Assembly: GCA_022750195.1 (NCBI GenBank)
Contig: JAKIWE010000006.1
Location: 3,295 to 67,294, forward strand
DNA length: 64,000 nucleotides
Direction: 5' to 3'
Source: Thermoplasmata archaeon
GTDB lineage: Archaea > Thermoplasmatota > Thermoplasmata > Lutacidiplasmatales > UBA184
Every line of letters starts with the position of its first letter. The stretch's first letter is position 1. Of this stretch, positions 58,595-64,000 are shown piece by piece. A program made the position numbers and the translations under genes. The notes beneath the pieces were generated by a model. It made no database searches. It was not told the DNA's origin and saw only the letters and a list, made by a program, of their open reading frames with translations.

Positions 58595-61500
58595 ATGGGT
58601 AGATGGGTACCACGACTCGTCCTGTGGGCCCTCGTTACGCTCGTGCTGGCGGGTACGCTGGCGCAGGCGGCGGGAGCGCGGACGTCGTCGTCGACGAGTT
58701 ACACCCTGCTCGGCTACGTCGAGCAGAACGCCTCGGTCGGCTTCGCGCCGGTCCCGGCGGGTGTGACCGTTCAGCTCAGCTCCCAGGCGACTCACGCGAC
58801 CTACACGACGCTGACGACGAGCGCCAGCGGGCAGTTCAACTTCACGAGCGCCTCGACCTCGAACGCCCTGGGCGTCGGTTGGTGGAGCCTCTACGTCCCG
58901 CCCCAGGTCGCCCACCTCTCGGCGTACGGCTGCCAGCCGTGCGCGGTCCTTCCGGCGAGCCAGGACCCGACCTGGTACTTCGAGAACCAGTCGACGCTCA
59001 CCGGCTCGAACAACCCGGTCTACCTGAGCAACGTGAGCTACCTGCCGTACAACACGACCATCAGCGGCAACGTCACCTACGGCGCCCAGAAGATCGCCGG
59101 GGCGGTCGTGCAGCTGATCGCGCCGCGGTACAACGGCTTCGTGCTCTCCTCCAACACCACCAACAAGAACGGCTCGTTCAACCTGAGCGCCCCCTGGGGC
59201 AGCTGGGTCCTCGTCGCGTCGATCCCGTCGAACCCGCCGCTCGTATCGTACAACGCGATCTCGATCGCCGCGCCGATCGTCCGGTTCAACCCGGCGATCC
59301 ACGGTTACGAGACCTCCGGGTACATCAACGTCAACACGGTCAACGGTCCGCACATCCCGAACGGCGCGAACGTCTCGCTGTTCGACCCGACCAACCAATA
59401 CCTGTACACGACCTCGAACCCGGCCGGTGGCTACTACACCGTGGGTACCTACCCCGCGGGCTTCAACTACGGGGTCGGGGGCCCGGCGACCTACACGGTC
59501 ATCCTTGCCCCGGTGGGGTACACGACGACCTCCTACGCGCTGACCGTCAGCGGAGTGAACCCGACCGGCGGCTCGCCGATCAACGTCGCCGTCCGGGCCC
59601 AGGCGCCCCCGGCGTCGTACCTGACGACCCTGAACTTCACCTCGGCGGGGTTCGGCAAGCTGAACGTCACGACGATCGGCACCCTCGGCCCGAACGCGGT
59701 GCTCACGGAGCTGCCCAACGCCAGCGTCGGCGACCTCTGGGCCCAGCTGGCGCTCGACACCCAGCACAACCTGACGTTCTCGACCGCGAACCTCGGCTGG
59801 CTGCACACTTTCCTGGCGGGTGAGGGCCCATTCTTCCCAGCCGGTCAGGCCCAGACGACGGTCAACGGCACCGGCTTTGGCCAGCCCACCAACGACACCT
59901 TTGCCTTCGGCTCGACCTGTGCGTCGTACTGCGGCCTCTCCAGTAACGCGGGGGTCCAGCTCGCCTGGTACCAGAACTACAACGTCACGGCGAAGCTTCC
60001 GTCGGGCGGCAAGACCTACACGATGTCGTTCAACTTCCGCCATCCGACCAACGGCCAGTCCATCAACTACACCGTGGTGCTGCCCGCGACCTACGTGCTG
60101 ACGGCGAACAACCCCGTCCCGGCGCAGAGCCTGCTCAAGCCGGCGGGACCGGGGGGGACGTGGACGAAGTTCACCCTGGTCAGCAAACCGTCCTCGTCGA
60201 CCTGGGGAACGGCGTCGTTCACCTTCGTCAAGTACGCCAGCCTGTCGGCGAACGTCAACATCACGGCGCAGAACTTCACGTTCTCGAAGCTGAACGTGGT
60301 CAACTCCACGCGCAGCGGCTACACGGTCATCGTCGGGCAGGGCCAGAACGTCTCGTTCTCGGCCATCAACTCGACGTTCCCGGCGGGTAGCAACGGCACG
60401 TCGTACAAGTGGTACTTTGGCGACTCGGCGACCCCCACCGTCAGCGGGCAGCCGACGAGCTACCACACCTACAACGCGACGGGGAACTTCAGCGGCAACG
60501 TGACGGTCACGAGCTCGGGCGGGGTCAAGAACTCGACCGGGTTCCACGTGGTCGTCGGCAACCTGCCGCCGACCGCGGTGATCAGCCAGAACGACACGAA
60601 GCCGTACGCGCGGGGGAACCTCGCGGGCACGCCGTTCGTCGTCGTCAACTGGTCGACAGGCATCCGGTTCAACGCCTCGTCCAGCGTCTCGACGCTCTAC
60701 CCCAGCGCAACGCAGAAGGGCGTGATCTCGATCGCCTCGTTCAACTTCTCGAGCTACAAGTACTACCCGAAGCCGTTCAACGTCTCGGCGGGCGCCGGCG
60801 GCAACCCGCTCGTCGACTCGAACGACTCGATGGCGTTCCTCGGCGCGGGACACTACCTGAGCGAGGCGCTGCCGAACGTCACGGGGACCTTCAACGGCTG
60901 GCAGTACAACCTGACGCTGACGGTCTGGGACGGTCAGGGCCACAGCGCGACGGCCCAGCTGATCATCTTCGTCCGGGACACTGAAAAGCCGGTCGCGGTC
61001 GCTGGGGTGCTTGACTCCTCCGCACGGGCCACCACGAGCCTCGTCGAAGCGGCGAACGGCACGGCGGCCGTCCAACTGACCGGCACGAACTCCTCGGACC
61101 CGCACAACGGTTCGATCGTGACCTACAACTGGACGATCACCGACAAGTCGAACAGCTCGGTGAAGCTCACCTACCTGCAGACCGCGAAGGCGTCGGCCTA
61201 CACCTACCCGGGCAAGCTCGGGGTCTGGCTAGCGCCGCAGACCAAGCCGTACTCCGTCAACCTGACGGTGACCGACCGGGCGGGGAACTCGAACTACAAC
61301 GTCGCGTCGCTCACGGTGGGGATCAACACCTCGACGCGGCCGGTGTTGAGCGTGGCGAACCTCACCGGGGCGTCGACCCTCACCGCGGGTACGAGCTACA
61401 CCTACTGGGTGAACGTCACGAACACCCTCGGGACGAACTCCACGGCGCAGGGTGTCCAGGTCCGGTTCTACCTCCTGTCGACCGGCGGCAGCGGCACTCC

Positions 61501-61942
61501 GATCGGGATCGGCAACTCGCCGGCGTCGGTCTCCTTCTGGAACTACAGCAGCCCCGGCGTGCTCAACAGCACCCCGCAGGGGACGGGCACGACCTCGCTC
61601 AAGTTCAACCACACCGTCCAGGCGAAGGTCAGTTGGACCCCCTCGCGCACCGGCACTTGGGACCTATACGTCAACGCCACGGCGTCGAACGAGTTCCCGG
61701 GGAGCTACGGGGCGAACGTCGCGCACGTCCAGATCACCCTGAACCCGAACCCGACCACCCAGTACGAGGAGTACGGGGCGATCCTGGGCGCGGTCATCCT
61801 GGTGATCATCGCGATCGTCGTCTTCTACCGCCGCCGCTCCCGCGGCTCGGGCGGGAAGTCGTCCAGCGGACGGTCGGGCCTTCTGCGAGGCAGCAGCAAG
61901 AAGGACGACAAGGACAAAGACGAGGACGACGACGAAGAGTAG
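58595..61942 (+). CDS. Large cell-surface glycoprotein with PKD/Ig-like domains
   Basis: Signal peptide, many N-x-S/T sequons, WYFGD PKD motif, C-terminal TM helix plus RRRSR and an acidic tail. Confidence 0.88.
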   Translation: MGRWVPRLVLWALVTLVLAGTLAQAAGARTSSSTSYTLLGYVEQNASVGFAPVPAGVTVQLSSQATHATYTTLTTSASGQFNFTSASTSNALGVGWWSLYVPPQVAHLSAYGCQPCAVLPASQDPTWYFENQSTLTGSNNPVYLSNVSYLPYNTTISGNVTYGAQKIAGAVVQLIAPRYNGFVLSSNTTNKNGSFNLSAPWGSWVLVASIPSNPPLVSYNAISIAAPIVRFNPAIHGYETSGYINVNTVNGPHIPNGANVSLFDPTNQYLYTTSNPAGGYYTVGTYPAGFNYGVGGPATYTVILAPVGYTTTSYALTVSGVNPTGGSPINVAVRAQAPPASYLTTLNFTSAGFGKLNVTTIGTLGPNAVLTELPNASVGDLWAQLALDTQHNLTFSTANLGWLHTFLAGEGPFFPAGQAQTTVNGTGFGQPTNDTFAFGSTCASYCGLSSNAGVQLAWYQNYNVTAKLPSGGKTYTMSFNFRHPTNGQSINYTVVLPATYVLTANNPVPAQSLLKPAGPGGTWTKFTLVSKPSSSTWGTASFTFVKYASLSANVNITAQNFTFSKLNVVNSTRSGYTVIVGQGQNVSFSAINSTFPAGSNGTSYKWYFGDSATPTVSGQPTSYHTYNATGNFSGNVTVTSSGGVKNSTGFHVVVGNLPPTAVISQNDTKPYARGNLAGTPFVVVNWSTGIRFNASSSVSTLYPSATQKGVISIASFNFSSYKYYPKPFNVSAGAGGNPLVDSNDSMAFLGAGHYLSEALPNVTGTFNGWQYNLTLTVWDGQGHSATAQLIIFVRDTEKPVAVAGVLDSSARATTSLVEAANGTAAVQLTGTNSSDPHNGSIVTYNWTITDKSNSSVKLTYLQTAKASAYTYPGKLGVWLAPQTKPYSVNLTVTDRAGNSNYNVASLTVGINTSTRPVLSVANLTGASTLTAGTSYTYWVNVTNTLGTNSTAQGVQVRFYLLSTGGSGTPIGIGNSPASVSFWNYSSPGVLNSTPQGTGTTSLKFNHTVQAKVSWTPSRTGTWDLYVNATASNEFPGSYGANVAHVQITLNPNPTTQYEEYGAILGAVILVIIAIVVFYRRRSRGSGGKSSSGRSGLLRGSSKKDDKDKDEDDDEE

Positions 61943-62015
61943 GCCCTCCTAGGGCCTCTCTTCCCGTAGGCGCAGACCCGCGCCCCTTCGCGCCTAACGG
62001 CGCTCGATCGACGGC

Positions 62016-62213
62016 TTACCCGTACGGCCCGACCTCGTCGAGCAGGTCGACGTGGGTCAGGAGCATCCGGCGGCAGCAGTAGCGGCTGAGCCCCAACTCG
62101 GTCATCACGAGGCCGGCAGGGTCGCCGCGAGCGGTCCGCTCCCGGAACTCGTCCCAGTGGTGGCCGATCACGGTCCCGCAGGTGAAGCAACGGACAGGGA
62201 TCATCATCGTCAT
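62016..62213 (-). CDS. rpoN: DNA-directed RNA polymerase subunit N (Rpo10)
   Basis: IPVRCFTCG...RYCCRRMLLTHVD. Confidence 0.97.
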   Translation of the reverse strand: MTMMIPVRCFTCGTVIGHHWDEFRERTARGDPAGLVMTELGLSRYCCRRMLLTHVDLLDEVGPYG

Positions 62214-62237
62214 GGTGCCAGATTTCCTTCCTGCAGC

Positions 62238-62645
62238 TCAACGGTACGATTTCTGTCGGCGCTTTCGAGCTCCGCGCCCACCGGGTCGCTTCGGGAGCTT
62301 GCGGCGAGGGTCGTTGACGACCAGCGACCGGTCGTAGTGGCGGAACATGTCGTGGAGCGTATTGTCCTTGAGGACCTCGAGGAGGCCCCGGGCAACGGCG
62401 GTGCGGGCCGCGGAGGCCTGCCCCATGATCCCTCCGCCCTGGACCTGGACCTCGATGTCCAGCGCCTTCCACCGCTCGCCGACCATCAGGAGTGGCTCCT
62501 GGATCTTTCGACGGGCCATCTCCGGGTCGTAGATCTCCAACGGGAGGTCGTTGACGCGGATGCGGCCGGTGCCCTTCCGTAGGTAGGCACGGGCGACGGC
62601 CGCCTTTCGCTTGCCGGAGGTGATCGTGACGACGGGGCCCTTCAT
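62238..62645 (-). CDS. rps9: 30S ribosomal protein S9
   Basis: SGKRKAAVARA, GGGIMGQA, GARKRRQKSYR. Confidence 0.97.
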   Translation of the reverse strand: MKGPVVTITSGKRKAAVARAYLRKGTGRIRVNDLPLEIYDPEMARRKIQEPLLMVGERWKALDIEVQVQGGGIMGQASAARTAVARGLLEVLKDNTLHDMFRHYDRSLVVNDPRRKLPKRPGGRGARKRRQKSYR

Positions 62646-63100
62646 ACACGGGCTCCCAGGAGGCGAGAGACCTGCTCGAGCGTGATGGGGGGGATGAGGG
62701 TCGGACGGGCCTTGGCGCGGTCGAGCGACTCTGCAGAACCGCCGTCGACCCCGGGGGGGCAGCCGATGTGGACTTCGAGGCGGCGGTACGCCTCCTTCCC
62801 CCGGGTCTTCAGGTGCGGGAGCATGCCGCGGACCGTCCGGCGGAAGATCCTGTCGGGGTACCTCGGGTAGTGCGGGCCGCTGCGGACAGAGCCGCGGGCC
62901 CGACGGATGGTGTACTCGTCGACGACCGCGGTGTGGGAGCCGGTCACAACGCTCTTCTCGGCGTGGATCACGACGATATGCTCGCCCTTCAACAGACGCT
63001 GGGCGATGAGACTCGCTGCGCGGCCCAGCACGAGACCCGAGGCGTTGACGACCGCGACCTTCGGTGCGGGAGCGGATTTCGCCTTGGGGGCGTCAGGCAA
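62642..63100 (-). CDS. rpl13: 50S ribosomal protein L13
   Basis: VLGRAAS, GPHYPRYPDRIFRRTVRGMLP. Confidence 0.96.
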   Translation of the reverse strand: MPDAPKAKSAPAPKVAVVNASGLVLGRAASLIAQRLLKGEHIVVIHAEKSVVTGSHTAVVDEYTIRRARGSVRSGPHYPRYPDRIFRRTVRGMLPHLKTRGKEAYRRLEVHIGCPPGVDGGSAESLDRAKARPTLIPPITLEQVSRLLGARV

Positions 63101-63458
63101 GGACGCGCACCCCCGCGCCCTTCGGCCGGCTCTTCAGGAGCTCCTCGATGCTCAAGGTGCTCCCGCCGGCGGCACGGACCTTCGCCCTCGCCTCGGCGGA
63201 GTAGTGGAACGCGGCGATGGTGACGGGCTTCGTGATCTTCCCCTCGGCGAGCAACTTCCCCGGGACGACGATGACCTCGTTCGGTTTGGCGACGCGGTCG
63301 ATCTGGCCGACGTTCACGGGTTCTACCTGGTGGCGGGGCCGGTTGAGCCGCTCCGCGACGGTGCCCCAGATCGGGGCGTCGTGGTGGCGGGTCGCACGCC
63401 GAAGCTCGGTGAGCGTTCGCACTAGTTCCGGGTTCCCTTTCTCGATGGAGCGGGCCAT
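63093..63458 (-). CDS. rpl18e: 50S ribosomal protein L18e
   Basis: NPEL..., APIW..VAERL, VNVGQI, VVPGKLL; ATG at 63458. Confidence 0.95.
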   Translation of the reverse strand: MARSIEKGNPELVRTLTELRRATRHHDAPIWGTVAERLNRPRHQVEPVNVGQIDRVAKPNEVIVVPGKLLAEGKITKPVTIAAFHYSAEARAKVRAAGGSTLSIEELLKSRPKGAGVRVLA

Positions 63459-63489
63459 GGGGGCGGAGGGCGCTCGACCCGGGCCCCCG

Positions 63490-63495
63490 ATATAA
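63490..63495 (-). promoter_or_regulatory. TATA box of the rpl18e operon
   Basis: TTATAT on the minus strand about 32 nt upstream of the ATG. Confidence 0.55.
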
Positions 63496-63636
63496 CGTCT
63501 AGGGACCAAGTTTCACCCCGAGGGGAGCGTGCGTCGCCGTCGCGCGTCGGATTGACGCGCAGGGGGCGCCCGGGCCCTTCGCTCCGCGACGAACCGTTAA
63601 ATAGCGAACTCCGCCATCCACCGCCGAGGACGCGTC

Positions 63637-63879
63637 ATGCGCAAGTTCCTGACCGAGCTCCGGGGCAAGACGGTGATGACCAACGACGGCCAGATCCTGG
63701 GCCTCATCGAGAACTTTGTCGTCGACACCACGAGCGGCGGGATCGCGCACGTGCTCGTCTCCCCCGGCGAAGATGTCGAGCCTCGCCTGTTCCAGACCGA
63801 CGGCGCGGGTCGTCTCGTGCTCCCCTTCAAGAGCATGCGGGCGGTCAAGGACGTCGTCGTGATGGAGCTTGGGAAGTAG
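63637..63879 (+). CDS. PRC-barrel domain protein
   Basis: LRGKTVMTNDGQILG...VVDTTSG...LPFKSMRAVKDVVVM; TTAAATA at 63597-63603. Confidence 0.9.
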   Translation: MRKFLTELRGKTVMTNDGQILGLIENFVVDTTSGGIAHVLVSPGEDVEPRLFQTDGAGRLVLPFKSMRAVKDVVVMELGK

Positions 63880-64000
63880 CCCGGCGGACCGTCCGCTGGT
63901 CTCGATCGTCATCACCGTCAAGAACGAGGAACGCCACCTCGCCCGCCTGCTCGACAGTCTCGTCGGGCAGGAGCCTCCGATCGAGGTCGTGCTCGTCGAC
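63869..64000 (+). CDS. Glycosyltransferase family 2 (5' part only)
   Basis: Not in the ORF track. Reads PLVSIVITVKNEERHLARLLDSLVGQEPPIEVVLVD from a TTG at 63869. Confidence 0.85.
   Translation, partial: MGSSPADRPLVSIVITVKNEERHLARLLDSLVGQEPPIEVVLVD

Overview
GC-rich archaeal chromosomal segment with mostly housekeeping genes. The gene set (unsplit RpoB, split RpoA'/A'', rpl30e, VAT/Cdc48, proteasome beta-aCPSF1, GvpD-like ATPase, Kelch/PKD surface proteins) suggests a Thermoplasmata genome; this is inference, not a database result. It holds the RNA polymerase operon, purine genes, methylmalonyl-CoA mutase-folC-nth-alaS, a CCG-anchored succinate dehydrogenase, a mutS-mutL operon, two large surface proteins and the rpl18e-rpl13-rps9-rpoN operon. 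I saw no mobile element, CRISPR array or rRNA. The most notable observations are: (1) two tRNA genes absent from the ORF track that are interrupted by bulge-helix-bulge introns at non-canonical positions (tRNA-Lys at 20/21 and 59/60; tRNA-Gly at 59/60, which also has C33); (2) a stand-alone PD-(D/E)XK nuclease gene translationally coupled to mutS-mutL; (3) apparent ACG/CTG start codons concentrated at purine loci.
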